DNA of 64,000 bases from Flectonema sp. DT1601. Taxonomy: Eukaryota. The notes beneath the pieces are model-generated. The model saw nothing but the letters and a program-made list of their open reading frames with translations, was not told the origin of the DNA and searched no databases. The number at the start of each line of letters is the position of its first letter. The first letter of the stretch is position 1. The DNA lies in contig OZ025798.1 of assembly GCA_964019425.1 (NCBI GenBank), positions 1,054,001-1,118,000 of the forward strand, written 5' to 3'. Below are positions 11,501 to 25,039 of this stretch, in pieces. The position numbers were made by a program, and so were the translations under genes.

Positions 11501-14500
11501 ATCTCATTGAGATTGCTGATGAGGAGATTAGAATTCTTCCTGTTGTATTGTGCTTGGTGAATCCTGCAATGAAAAGTATACACTGGAGACCTATATTTGA
11601 AGCAATTCAACAACCATACACACCAAATACTATTTATACTATTGATAAGCTACTGCAATGGAATATAGTAGTCCACAGTGAACTAGTTCATTCACAGTCA
11701 TTCTTAGCATCAGGTCAGTTGAGTATCGAGTCATCAATTTCAAAGTTAGAATCTACCTGGGATACTTGCTACTTTCATATTACTGAAGTTAATTCCATCA
11801 CTAGAATCCACAACAGTGATGAAGTGTTATCTATGTTGGAAGATTCAAAAGCAAAAATTGGAGAATTGCTATCCAGTCGGTTCATATTTAATCTTCAGCC
11901 AACATTGAAATCATGTCTTAGTACATTTGATACTGCTGGGAGGTCTTTGGTTAAATGGATTGAAGTTCAGAAGTCGTGGACTGATCTCCAACTGGCGTCG
12001 ACTGCAACACCAACAACAGTACGAGACTTGACTTTAATTGACGGAAGCTATAGAGATTTAATGAGTCGAAATTGTATTGAAGGAAGAAGTGTTCTAAAGA
12101 TTCTCACTGACCCTAAAGTAACATCACTTCTACGATCAGCATCAGAGTCTGTAATAACTGCGAAAGAAGCATTAACAAGACAGTTACAAGCGAGAAAAAG
12201 AGATATTCCTCTTCTTCAAAGTCTTTCAAATGAAGACTTCCTCTCTGTGATGAGTGGGTCTCCAGATTTCTCAATAATCTTTCCAGGAATAGCAGATATA
12301 ATAAAATCAGACAAGTCATACGTATCCGTGGTGTCTACTGAAGGAGAACAACTACAATTCCCTAACCCAGTTCCAATTGATTCAACTGATCCAGGAAAGC
12401 TAATTGTTAATCTCCAACAAGAGATTCATCAAGGAATGAAAGCATCAATAAGTAAAGCAATCAGATCACGTGGTCCTCGTAGGAATGATTGGGTGCTAAA
12501 CCATCCTGGTCAGGCAACTCAAATTGCTGACTTAGCAGCCTGGACATCACTTTGTGAACACGGAATTCTTCAAAAAGATCTGAAGAGCAGCCGATGTCAT
12601 CATATTGATGCTCTCTCAACGACAATACGATCAGCTCAACGAGGACAATTAACAGCAGCAAAGAGAATGGCAGTCTGTTCTCTTATTGTTTTGAATATGA
12701 ATTGGAGAGATATTCTATCAACCTTATTAGAAGAAGGAGATGATCTCAAAACAACATCATTCTCATGGACAAGACAACTAAGGCTGTACCCAACTCATAC
12801 ACAATCAACAGGAGTTGCTGATCATTATATTAGTCATGCATCACTTAAGATTAATTATGGTTATGAATATAAAGGTTGTAAACCAAGATGTGTACAGACA
12901 CCAGAATCTGATAAGAACGCGATGCTATTCGCACTCGGATTGCAATCTCAAAACTGTATTGCTATTGAAGGCTCTTCATTGTCTGGGAAGACAGAATATG
13001 TGAAAGACTATTCTGTAGCACTTGGAAAACATGTAATGATACTGCAGTGCAGTGCAGCTACAACTCAATTAGCAATTTCAGGCGTGTTGTATTCCGGTAT
13101 GAGTGCAGGCTCATGGGTAGTATTCGATAACATAAACTTATTAAGTCCAGAAGTTCTATCTGTTGCTTCTCACTTGCTATCTTCAGCTTCAGCAGCTGCC
13201 CGTTCTGGAGCTGAAGTATTCACGCAAGTGACACAGGTACAGACGGAAGTACCAATTAGAGAATTCGGTGTTTTCACAACCATATGTAAATCCTTAAAAG
13301 AAAATATTGAAATACCACAAACACTAAAAGACTGCGTCAGACCTATTTCTATATCAACACCCGATCCGGTAGCTGTTGCGACTACAATCATACAAGGATA
13401 TGGTGTTGAAGATGCGTTATTTTTAGGTGCAAAATTAGGTACTTTTTGGAAAATGGCGCTGGGATCACTTTCCCCAGCTGTTCATCATAATTTTACTCTA
13501 AGAACTTTGGTCTACCTCGCAACTGAACTCTCTCTCAGAAAGAGGAATAACACAAACACAAATAGCTCTCTATTAATGGAGCAGCTTATTAAACGATTGT
13601 GTCTTGGTTCCATCGGCATTGATGACAGTAATACTTTGAACACAATTATTAGATGCTCTTTCGATGTTACTGAGGGAGTCTCTGCTGTTTTGGAACCAAA
13701 AAAAGTTGAAAGTTGCAGCTACAGTCCTCATTCAGCATTTTTAAATCAAGTTGATGCTGGAATGTTCTCAATTGAAGAACGACGTGCTTTGTTGTTATCG
13801 GGACCTGCGTGTACGGGTAAGAGTAGTTGTCTGTCTTGTATATCGATTCTAACTAACTATTCGCTAAAAGTATTGTGCCCAGCAATGTACACAGCGGCTG
13901 AGTTTTACGGATTTCACTCTCCTGGTCAAACATCACATCAAGATGGTATTTTATCTCTCTTATTGAAGAAACCGGCCACACCTCCAATAGCTACTAATTC
14001 TAAGCAGAAACCTCAACCTGTACCACCAGTTAAAAGAAAAATTATTGTTTTTGATTGCAATGTAGGTGATTGGATTAACGGTTTACTCGGATTGTTTGAA
14101 GGTGAGAGCACACTTCGTACAACAACAGGAGGGATATTCTCAGTCTCAAGTAGCGTAAGCATCGCAGTTGAATGCCGTTCTATAGAAGAAGCTTCACCGT
14201 CATTGTTAGGAAGAGTAAATTTAATTAATTTTGATAGCGGAGACTTATCGTTTTCACATATTTTACATCGAGCAAACCGACTTGGGAATCCTATCCTATG
14301 GGATGCTGACATAATCGACACGTTAACTGTATGGATGCAGCAACAGCAGGTGACAGCTATTAGTACGCAATCGTTTCTTACTGTTTTGGGAGCTTTTATT
14401 AAGTCTGAAGCAGAGAGTATTCCAACAGTCGATTCAACAATCGCATTTAAAATGCTAATCATGCACGCCGTCGTTTGGGGTATTGCAGCAGGTGAACACA

Positions 14501-17500
14501 AAGAGATTTGGTATTCGTCTTTACAAAATTTATTTAAAATTTTACTTCCTGGGATGGAACCTCCAGAAGACTTTTTCTCTGTAGAGCCTTGTATTGTAAC
14601 GGAGATGTGGACTCCATGGAACTTCACTTACAACGAGTCAGATAAAACTAATAACAGTCTCCGTTACATTATCCAAGACACGACATATCTATCACGGTTA
14701 AAGCTATCATCACTATTTGTTGATAATGGGGTTTCAATAGTCTTGGTAGGATGCAAGGGATGTGGTAAGGGTCATGTACTAAAACATCTCGCACACAATC
14801 CATCAGCGCAGTTCACACAATTAACTCCGTGTAACTCTGACCCTACTGATATTCAAAAGATGTTGACTGGTGGAAGGAATTTATTTTTATGCATCGCTGA
14901 TGTTCATATTACATCAGAGAGGAGTAAGTCAACTACAGCAGTTGATTGTTTTCGACATATCATTAGTGAAAAAGCTCTTTACTCAATTACGAACTATGTT
15001 CGGGAGGTTAAGCTTAACGTGACAATAGCTTCGACAGCAAACCCGTCCAAACATATAAACAAAAATCCTCTTGGGAATAACTCTGTTTCTATCCATTGGC
15101 CTGACGTTGATGATAAATGTGTGAAATATTTAATTCAAAATCATTTACAAAGTGTTTTTGAACACTCAATCGTGTCTGATAGGCTTCTTCCTGCTGTTCA
15201 ATCACTGGTGAAGGTCAGCTGTGATGTATGGCAAGCAGCAAGAGCTTGTCTGAAATGGAAGCCACAAACACCTCAATATTCTTTCTCTATAAATGATTTG
15301 ATGCACTGCGCGTCATCACTTTCTATGTGGATGCCAAAAGTAACCCGGATTGAGGAAGTAGTTGGACTTTACAAATATGAGTTAGAAAGAAGTTTATCTG
15401 ACAGATGCCATGACAATGACTCTAGAGACTGGGCCATTGCAACCCTGGATGAGATTATTAGTAAATATGTTGAAAAATCACCTTCGGAAACCTACTACGG
15501 AAAAGATGGTTTATGCGATTTGCCGACACTAAAAACAAAAATAGAATCGATAAAAGAGAAACCAACAATATTCTTATCGAATGAAAGCATTAAGGTTATT
15601 TTAGCACAGGGAAGGCTCCTTCGAATACCGGGAACATCTATTTTATTACAAGGTATCCTTAACTCAGGAAAAACAACTTTATTATCAGCTTCAGCTACTT
15701 ATGAACAGGCAACGATCATCGATCTGGCGATCGATTCTGAGTTGGAAATTATCAAAACGATACGAAACGCTATCGAATCAGCGTCTTTTTGTAAGACTTG
15801 TACGATTCTAAGAGTTGATATGGATTCTGTTTCCTTATCACAATTATCTGATGTAATTGTTAACTATGTGAGCGCAGCGTTATCACTTTCAAGAGGATAC
15901 CTTCCTTACAGTTTAGTACCACCTGATTTCCTAATGGAGATTGCAAGGATGCATGCTTCACAACGCTCTGACTGTGGTATCTTCGAAGCCTTAAAGATTG
16001 GATGTAATAAACACCTCAGAGTTGTATTAACAACCTCACCTGACAGTATTAGTTTCGTTTCTAGGTATTTCCCATCACTAGTAGGAAGTATGCAGCATCA
16101 TGTGGTATTACCTAAGGGTGAAGATGAGTTGTTGTACATTGCGACACACTCGTTAAGTCCTCCATCCAATGAAATTGCATCCCTAAGTATTCGAATTTAT
16201 GAACTCGCTAAAATAAATGTGATATCAGTCAATACCAAACCTAAAGATGACAGCAGTAGTAGTGTTGTTTTTGAAGCTGATAATGGTAATTCCGATGATG
16301 ATTTGAAATCACCGTTATCACCAGGGTCTCCAGGATTCTTTAGTGGCCTTCATGAAGATATAGAAATCAATAAAACCATCGGAATCAGTCAACTACTCAC
16401 ATTCATCCAGACTTGGAATTCTAATGGAGCAGTTCAACATGATAAACATGAAAAGATAGAATCGGCAATTCAACTTATTGAAGAAGTTTTTCGAATCAGA
16501 GACCGCGGACAATCTGAATTGCAAGTTGCTCTCCCTCAACTGGAAGACCTAATTGAACAAAATGATAACCTGACGAGATGCTTAGAACGAGATAATCAGG
16601 CTTACGTTGAATCAAAAATCCAAGTTTCTGCAAAGGAAGAAAAATTCAATAAATATACGATTGAAGAAAACACACTAACAGAACTGATACACTCAACGTT
16701 GAATAAGATTGTGCCAATGTTAACAACTGCTCTTGAAGCTGTTCGAGGGATCACAAAGAAAGAGATTGATGAACTGATGATAATTAAATCTCCATCACCA
16801 AAAATAATATTCGTCATGGACTACTTACTAAACGTCTTAGAGTTAAAACCCGGTTGGGATAATGCAAAAAGAATCCTAGCAGATTACCTCCATGATCGAT
16901 TAACAAGTTTTAGTACTGGAGTTGTATACGATTCGGTCATATCTTGTCTTGGTCCAGTTATGAATAATCCTGACTTTCAACCTGCAGTGATTAGAATACT
17001 TTCTCCACCAGTTGCATGTGTTTGTCAGTGGATGCGTGCGGCTTACTTTGTTGCAGAAGTTTATCGTAAATTAGAATCAAAAAGAAATCGATTAACTGAT
17101 ATTCAGAATGCTAAGATTGAATTGAAGTCACTGATTCTTGCTTCTAAAGAAGACCTTGAAAAATTAGAATTGGTCCGCGCAAAGTCTGAAACCGATCAAA
17201 AGAGAGGAGTCAAAGCATACCTTGCTGCTCAAGACGCTAGAATAAAAATGGAATGCAGCAGTGAACGGGCAGGTATTTTCGCTGAAGCAGTTCAGTCTAT
17301 TTATGATGGATGGCTGGAAATTATGAGAACTCGTGGAAACACATGGGATAGTCGAAACCAACTGCTACTAGATTCAGCAATGAAGACGTACGCTGGTTCA
17401 CGAACTCCGAACAAACGAATATCATTTATTAAAACTATTCAGAGAGAGTTAGCTATGGAGGCTACTGGATTGTGGTTACCAACAGGTTCAGACGAATTAC

Positions 17501-20232
17501 GTAAGCGATGGATTCTTCAAGGACTTCCAAATGATGATTATAACTTTCAAAGTGCGTACTTCGTAAGAGAGTGTTGTCAAGAACCTAATGACGGGAATAT
17601 AATACACTTGATACCAATGATGGTGGATCCTCATGGTGTTTCTAGTCTGTGGTTGAGGAGCCTTTATAATTCAATTATTTTCACAAGAGCTTGTAATATT
17701 GATGTCATCATAGACGCCTCAAGACGAGGTGTTCCAATCGTCCTCGAACACTTCACTCAAGCTGATCTCACACCAATTCTTTTATCGTATCTGACAAGAG
17801 AAATTAGTTCTACTCAAGGATTTCAAATTTTCTTACTTGGAAGTTGTCCAGTATCACATCCTTCAATCACTAACATATTGTTTGATGTGAATGAAGGTAT
17901 TACGTCAACTATCACAACTGGTTTACTTTGGTTAAATAAACCAAACATGTACTCACAGATGATGAAACAAGTGAATCAAGTTTCAGTGATTGAACAAAAA
18001 ATAAAATTATTCGATCAAGAACTTATCCACCTTCTAGGAGGAAGCTCTGGCTTAACTCCTGATAGCTCATCATTGTCAGCTGATGTTCGCTCAAACAGAT
18101 CCCCAGCAGAAGCAGCAATCTCTGAAATGAAAGCCACTCAAAAATTAGTTTCTCAAATGGAACAAGAAGCTTTCCAAACGTCAGCAGATAATGATATTGC
18201 ACTTCTCTTTGTGATTCTATCTCGTCTATGTGGTACTGCATTAGATCCTGACATCGATCAATTTATTTATAAAGGTTCGTTTATAACACTAAACCTGTTC
18301 CTTCAAATAATAGTAGGTTGGAATGATTTGTACAAAGCGATTTACTCAGGAGTTCCGAGTGATGTCGCTGTGTGGATTTGTAGGGAACATGATATCGCAA
18401 AATGGTCAGCGGCAATGAATCTGAGTGAATACGAAATCAGTGTTTTAAGACTTCAAGAGGTAAGAATTGACGAAGATAAACCAACTCGTGATAAAAGCAT
18501 TGATGACTTCACTTCTGTGTTCGAACTTGCTTACGAAATCTCCGAACATAAAAAAACCTTGTCAGACATGATTGCTTACTACAAATCAAATAGAAGCTGT
18601 CTTGATAGAGTCGACATTCTCTATTTCGCTGACTCTCCATTCCCCACCATTCCCATTGTTATATCTCAGCAATCACGTTGTTATTTATTTAAAGTTGCTG
18701 AGCAAGTCGGAAGAGATGGTTCGCTGATCTCTGCTGCTTCGAATGAAGAAATAAGAGACGTCTTATCAAAGTTTAAATGCGCCTTATATGTAGGACATTG
18801 GTTTGTCTTAGTAGATATTAAACAATATGGAATTATTGAAGTTTTACTTGATGAAATGATATCTGCTGGAGACAGTTGTAGTTCTGGTTTTAGATTTTGG
18901 ATTTGCTGTGAAAGTTCTGATCTGTGTTCAAAAATATCTGGATCATGCATCAAGTGCTGTACTACTGAGATCGACCCTTGCTTATCAATATCTCTTCGTG
19001 AGAATTTGTCAGTTCAAACTGCTTGGAATTATATCAACTTAGACGAGTGGCATCTAGTTGTGTATCAACTATGCTTCTTACAAAGCCTACTACGTCATAG
19101 TAACATAGTATGTGAGTGGGGAACATGTCACTTACAGAATGCTTTATTATCTGTGTTTGCTTTGTATGTTTCTGGAAGTGAGAATTCAAGAAAGAAACCT
19201 TCAGTAACAAGAGATATAATAATAGATACCGTGTTGGCTTCTTATTCGAGTACTATAACAATGTCTGATCAATGGGTTTATTCGAGATTACGAGAAACTG
19301 TTAATTTCGCAATGTCTTATAACCCGCCGTCACTATGTGATTGTGAAAGTGCAGAAGAAGCGTGCACAGTGATGCCAGATACTGATGCGTTTCGTAGTAT
19401 TGAAGAGTCTCTTACATTACTTCCGGGTAAGTACAACAAACGTCTGGCACTGAATAGTAATTCCAAACCTGTTCGTAAACTTACTGTTCCTGATAAGATT
19501 AAATTATCTGATTCACATCCTGATTGCTTTGCTCCTGTTGATTTGATATCCAGAATAAGTAACCCTCACAGTGCTTGTCTTGTAAGGGAAGTAAATCTTA
19601 TTAATGCAACCATTCAAAGAGTATCAGATGATTTGATAAAGTCCACTACGGATATGAAACATCACATCGATACGAATACAGTTCCACATGATTGGATACA
19701 ATACGGTTATCCTTCTGTATCACCGCTTGGAGAATATCTAACGAACTTGCGTAGGAGAGTATCGTGGTTGAATGAGTGGTCTTATCAAGGACCTCCACCA
19801 GTTTTCTTTTTAAGTTCGCTTAGTTTCCCAAGTAGTTTCATCACAGCTACTCTATTGCTGAGATGTATTGAGATGTCTACTTGTCCATCATCTATGTTCT
19901 TATCAATTAGTGTGACGTCATTTGTGACTGAAGATGATGTTGATACGTATCCTGAAGATGGGATTTACTTCCTCGGAATTTCAATCACTGATGGAACTTG
20001 GAACGGATCTCAAATTGTTCCAACGAAAGGAGCAACTTCCGTATCAATTCCTGTCCTGCATCTTCAAGCTCATCCATTGTCGTCAGATGTACCTCGCCAA
20101 CCCTTACTTGATGTATTTCATACTACTGACTCAGAGCAAGGTTCATTCACTCTTCCGTTACCCTGCTCAGACCATAAACGATATACAGAAGTTGGTACTA
20201 GAGTTATATTAGATCAGTCTGCTGTGAAGTGA
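8581..20232 (+). CDS. Divergent axonemal (inner-arm-type) dynein heavy chain, ~3860 aa, 2 exons
   Basis: Exons 8581-9329 and 9399-20232 (intron gtatgt...aaacag). N-terminus FDPYELKV...LSEWIRE...FFKRY...AFQRW resembles DNAH6-type tails. YGYEY precedes AAA1. P-loops GSSLSGKT, GPACTGKS, GCKGCGKG, GILNSGKT. Stalk and microtubule-binding domain (WDNAKRIL...CQWMRA). C-terminal GPPPVFFLS...EDGIYFLG. Confidence 0.92.
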
Positions 20233-20506
20233 TTCGTTTTTATTATTATTATTATTCTGTTGTGTTCTCAGTTAGATTCGTATGCAACACTTACACAGTT
20301 AGCTGTAACTTACAACACTTACCCAAATTAGTGATCGTTTTATTTAAGTAATTATTTCTGGCTATATAATATTTTTGAAATTACTCCTTCATCCCCTTTT
20401 TTATCTTTTTCAGAGATACCATATTAGTCTTATGTTTGACACCAAACAGGAAGGGATGTTGCTCGTTGAGGTTTATATTTATTGTCACAGGTCTTATTTA
20501 TAAAAA

Positions 20507-21666
20507 ATGTCTAAACGCATAGCAAGAAATAATGCATTCTTTTTATCAGCTGCGAGGAAATTAAATTTATCAGCATCATCGTGGAGGCCGTTAGATAAAC
20601 CAGAAGAAGCAATTCTGGTTGTTGCAAACCATTATGCTTCACATTGTGATAGGATGGAGAGGTTTGGAGGAGTACTCGCATCGAATGGAATTACTTTAGT
20701 GACATATGATATGCAAGGTTGGGGTGGATCTGATTCTTACGCAAGATATATTGAAAGACACAACCGAGCTGATATCTCATACGCAATACGAAGTGAAGAG
20801 CAAATGGTCGCAGATTTCGACAAACTGGTTACAAAAATAATGCAATTCTACTCAGTGAAAGGACCAGACAATCGATCCCAACTCGAGAAGATGCTTCGAG
20901 AGAAGAAGAACCCCTGGGACCCAGAACTACCTATTGCACCAAAGCTACCAATATTCGTACTTGGTCATGGTATTGGAGCAGCAATAGTCGCGAGGTATCT
21001 TGTTGATAGAGTTCAACCTGATTCTGATAAAAGACATGCTGTTCTTGGTTCTATCTTTGCTGCTCCATGGATTGGAGAACTACCGCAGATTAGTCAACTT
21101 CAGAAATATAGTTTACTCAGAATTATAGCTGAGAAGTACGCTCCTCTAACGAGAGTTTTATCAAGTGAACCGAACCCTTCAGATCTTTACGAAGATGTTA
21201 GTGAAGTGATTGCTTGGGATAAAGACCCAATCCTAACAAAGGCAGGAATCCCACCAGTAACTGTCAGAACTTTCGAAAGACTTTGCAAACAAAGCAATGC
21301 AATCATTGATAAAGTAGCAACTCCATCACTTATACTAACGGGTGAGAAGGATCCCCTCTGTGCATCATCTGAAGGTAATCGCATTGCTGATTTATTACCA
21401 AATAAAGATAAGTTAGTTATTGACATCCCAGAAAGCAGACATGACTTATTTTTGTCTAATCCTGACACTGCTAATTTCGCACAGGGAACGGTCGTAAATT
21501 GGATTTTAGAAAGAGCAGCTGAATATGTTGCACCTGAAGATCCGCTGCTCACAATGGAAGATACGATTAGGAGGGTATGTATATTGGTAGTTTTTTGTTT
21601 TATTATGGGTCCCTTAATCAAAAAAAAAAAATTAAAAATCAGGAATACAGCTCTCGATTCGACTAG
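20507..21666 (+). CDS. Alpha/beta hydrolase (monoglyceride lipase/lysophospholipase-like), ~363 aa, likely catalytically inactive
   Basis: Exons 20507-21574 and 21643-21666 (gtatgt donor; alternative acceptor at 21650 possible). Motifs YDMQGWGGS, FVLGHGIGA (nucleophile elbow with Gly in place of Ser), PSLILTGEKDPL and SRHDL. Confidence 0.85.
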
Positions 21667-21999
21667 ACTGTTTTTATTATTATTTTATATTATCTACAAT
21701 CACGTTGCTACTGAAGTGTTTTGCTGTTTACTTATTGATATGTGACTATGTTCATATGCACAACACGCATACATTTCTTTTTTCTTTTATGCAGTTGATG
21801 TTATTGTAGTTTTATATAACAGGTTATGGAAATACTACTATTAGATAAAGACTGCGGAGAAGTAAAAAAACTTATAATTATGTGTATTCTGTAACAGCGT
21901 CAAGCCCTAAGATCAAAGGCTCAATTATATTTCTTTATCAGGTTATGGAAATTCGATTATCGTACCACTACCGTCGGCTATTACTATAAGATACTAACT

Positions 22000-24672
22000 A
22001 TGAGCGGGTTACTTCCTATTACTGGAGGACTGGAGTTGATCAAGGCCGATGATTTACCTGACGCATTCTCCGAAATTAAATGGATCCTAGCCAGGAATGG
22101 TGGAGCAGTTCTACACCACGCATCTATTATAAACGATCGAAGTTTATTATTACTAAGTGATAGAGCGTTGTATCTTTATTCTATGGGTGGGTCGTTAGAA
22201 AGATCCTTACCAATAAACTCCATAAGGGAAGTCATGCACACTGAAGAAGGCGTAGTTGGACTATGCATCCCTGATGAACACGATTTAAAAATACACATGG
22301 AAAATAATGATTTGTCTAAAGAGTTCGTTTCAGTGTTATGCATTGTTTATAATAGAATAACATCGCAATCACTTATAGTGAGAAGCGTTTCTTACGAAAC
22401 GATGATGAGAACGTTGCTATTGAAAGCTCAGGCTGACTGGACACCACCACCGATGATACCTTTTAATTATGATGGTGGGAATACAACTGCAGTAACAGTT
22501 ATTGATCAACTTGTTGGTAAACAAAAGGAAATTGAAGTCCTAAAATCACAATTACATGGAAGCACCGGAACTGTTGCTGTTGAGAAGATCGAAGCGTTAG
22601 AAAAAGCTGTTCAGGATCTTTCTGAAAAGTTTACAGCGAAAGCTCTCTCACCAGAACCTCACGTCAGCCCTCTTCGTACTCAGGGAGTTCAAAGATTCTC
22701 GGGACAGCCTCCTACTACGATGATGGCTGATATGCCTATGTCTATGCCAATGCCTATAGAAGGACAAGATAATAATCTTCGTAGTCTGGCAGTCAAATTA
22801 ACAAGACAAGTCACAGCAGCTACGACGGAATTATCAAAATTAAAAGAATCGCAAAGACAAGCTGAACAAAAACAACAAAATCAAGTTCATCAACATCAAA
22901 TAGCTCAGCTACAACAACAGCTGACACAACAACAGCAGCTTTTTCAACAACAACAACAACAACAACAACAGCAACAGCAGAGAGATAGAGAGCAATCACC
23001 TGACACTCAGACTGAAAATGAAATGAGGAAACGTCTTCACACAATTGAAACACTAGTTGGAGTGCCTCTCTCATTAGATAACATCTCTCCTGCTGAACGA
23101 GTTGCTAAATTAGAAGGATTACTTCATAGTAGTGTTGAACCGCAATCACCGCAGATCGTTACTACGCCTCCACAGAATTTATCAATTTCACTCAACCGTT
23201 CGAAATCACCTCGTCATACGAAAACACCCAACAAATCAACGAATGTATACAACGACTTCCGAAATGCTTCTTCTGAGAGACGATCTAGCCTCACATCTCG
23301 AGTGATAAATCCAACTCAGAGACGTTCTTTCTGGGGTGATGGTCTGAGCCCAGCAGTTGTAAAAGCTCATCATCAGATGACTGAGATGGCTGGAGAGAGA
23401 AAGCAACCAAGTAGTCCTTCAAAGCTTCAGCTTAAGAGAATTGCGAAGAGGCAGAAGACGTTACCTGCAATGTTTAGTTGTGTGACAACAGGTTTATATC
23501 ACACTGTTAGATCAGATCCTGATATCGACTCTGATAAAATTGGTGAATTAAAACCTGGAGACATCATAGAGGCTCAAACCATACATGAGGATGAAGATGG
23601 TCACTCATGGCTACGACTCAGTACAGGTGGGTGGTGCTTAGAAGCCATTGATGACGATCAGCTGTTTTTAGAAGAGATGGTTGCTAATGTTAATAATAAT
23701 AAAATCCAACCCCGTGGTATATCTCAGCAAGTAGCCCAGCAGTCACAGTCTCAGTCTCAATCTCAGTCTCAGCCTGCGCCAAGTCCAAGGAAAAGTAAGC
23801 CTTTGACCTACCCGTTGGATGATTTATCTCAAACTACTCCTCCTCAACAAACAGTTAGTGAATCCAGCACTATGTTAGATCATTTAGAAGAGAAGCCGTC
23901 TGAAATCGAGAAACTTACAAATCAAATTAAAAGTCTCGAAGAACTAGTCTGTCTTCAGCAAACAAGATTTGATACTGAATTATATCATCAAAAAGAATTA
24001 ATAAGAGACGAGTTATCAAGGATGACACCAACTAGTCCACGGGGAGTACATCCACAAGTTCCTCAATCACATCATGGAGTTCAATATATTCCAACTGGAT
24101 ATGTTCAACCAGTTCCAATACAAACACAACCAGTTCCAATACAAACACAACATGTACCAATTCCTGTTCCAATGCCTGTTCCTGTGGAGTCTTTAGAACT
24201 TCATCGTCAGGCTCATGGAATGTCACCACATTATGATGTTAATATGTCTCCGTCACGTATTCGTCAGGTTCGTTCTATCTCACCACCACACCCTGACCAC
24301 TATTCAGAAACTAGAAATGTTTCTGTTACTTCTTCGTATGATAGATTTTGGAGGATTGTCGCACCAAGTGGATGTGTCGTACGCTCTGATACTTCCATAT
24401 CTAGCAGACAGGTTGCACATCTTCCTCTTGCAGATGTAGTTGAGGTTAGTGAGATATGCGGAAAGCGTGCTAGGATAATATCACCAGTGATAGGTTGGGT
24501 TTCAATTATTTCAGCTGCCACAGGGATACAATTAATGATTCCTTCTGCAAAGAGACCTGCATCTCCACGTCTTCATGGACCTACTTATCGAAAACCTCAA
24601 TCACCATCAAACACAACAACACCAAATAGACTACGTCCTCGTTCGCCATCAATAAGAAAACCATTTCGATAA
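22000..24672 (+). CDS. Probable cytoskeleton-associated protein: N-terminal PH-like domain, coiled coil/polyQ, two SH3b-like domains, 890 aa
   Basis: Long ATG ORF. RSLLLLSDRALYLY...LERSLPINSIREV...EHDLKI (PH-like). VRSDPDIDSDKIGELKPGDIIE...WLRLSTGGW and VVRSDTSISSRQVAHL...RARIISPVIGWVS (SH3b-like). Domain names are by eye. Confidence 0.8.
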   Translation: MSGLLPITGGLELIKADDLPDAFSEIKWILARNGGAVLHHASIINDRSLLLLSDRALYLYSMGGSLERSLPINSIREVMHTEEGVVGLCIPDEHDLKIHMENNDLSKEFVSVLCIVYNRITSQSLIVRSVSYETMMRTLLLKAQADWTPPPMIPFNYDGGNTTAVTVIDQLVGKQKEIEVLKSQLHGSTGTVAVEKIEALEKAVQDLSEKFTAKALSPEPHVSPLRTQGVQRFSGQPPTTMMADMPMSMPMPIEGQDNNLRSLAVKLTRQVTAATTELSKLKESQRQAEQKQQNQVHQHQIAQLQQQLTQQQQLFQQQQQQQQQQQQRDREQSPDTQTENEMRKRLHTIETLVGVPLSLDNISPAERVAKLEGLLHSSVEPQSPQIVTTPPQNLSISLNRSKSPRHTKTPNKSTNVYNDFRNASSERRSSLTSRVINPTQRRSFWGDGLSPAVVKAHHQMTEMAGERKQPSSPSKLQLKRIAKRQKTLPAMFSCVTTGLYHTVRSDPDIDSDKIGELKPGDIIEAQTIHEDEDGHSWLRLSTGGWCLEAIDDDQLFLEEMVANVNNNKIQPRGISQQVAQQSQSQSQSQSQPAPSPRKSKPLTYPLDDLSQTTPPQQTVSESSTMLDHLEEKPSEIEKLTNQIKSLEELVCLQQTRFDTELYHQKELIRDELSRMTPTSPRGVHPQVPQSHHGVQYIPTGYVQPVPIQTQPVPIQTQHVPIPVPMPVPVESLELHRQAHGMSPHYDVNMSPSRIRQVRSISPPHPDHYSETRNVSVTSSYDRFWRIVAPSGCVVRSDTSISSRQVAHLPLADVVEVSEICGKRARIISPVIGWVSIISAATGIQLMIPSAKRPASPRLHGPTYRKPQSPSNTTTPNRLRPRSPSIRKPFR
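24106..24147 (+). repeat. In-frame 21-nt tandem repeat (QPVPIQT x2)
   Basis: caaccagttccaatacaaaca occurs twice consecutively. Confidence 0.85.
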
Positions 24673-25039
24673 CTGAGAATTGTTATTGCTAGATATCCTT
24701 TTTATTATTAAAGCCTTTTATTCATTGTGAGTCTTCGCTTTGGTATTTTTGACTTGATCCATTGATATTAAATTGTTTGGTACATTTTTCTTTCACGGAA
24801 GAACCCTTCATTCGTGAAAGGGAAAAAACCCCTTGTTTCATCCCCCTCTCTTATATAAGTCCCACTGATTGCGGGAATGTACTGTATTTGTTCTTTTGTT
24901 TGTACTTTCCAAGCATGTTTTGTTCATTTAATGTGTTTTACGTTCGTCTTTTTTTTTTTTTTAAATATTTTTTTTTTTTCAAATTATTGTATTGCCATTT
25001 ACTGTTACTAAGTACTACTTTCCAACACAGTTAAAAACA

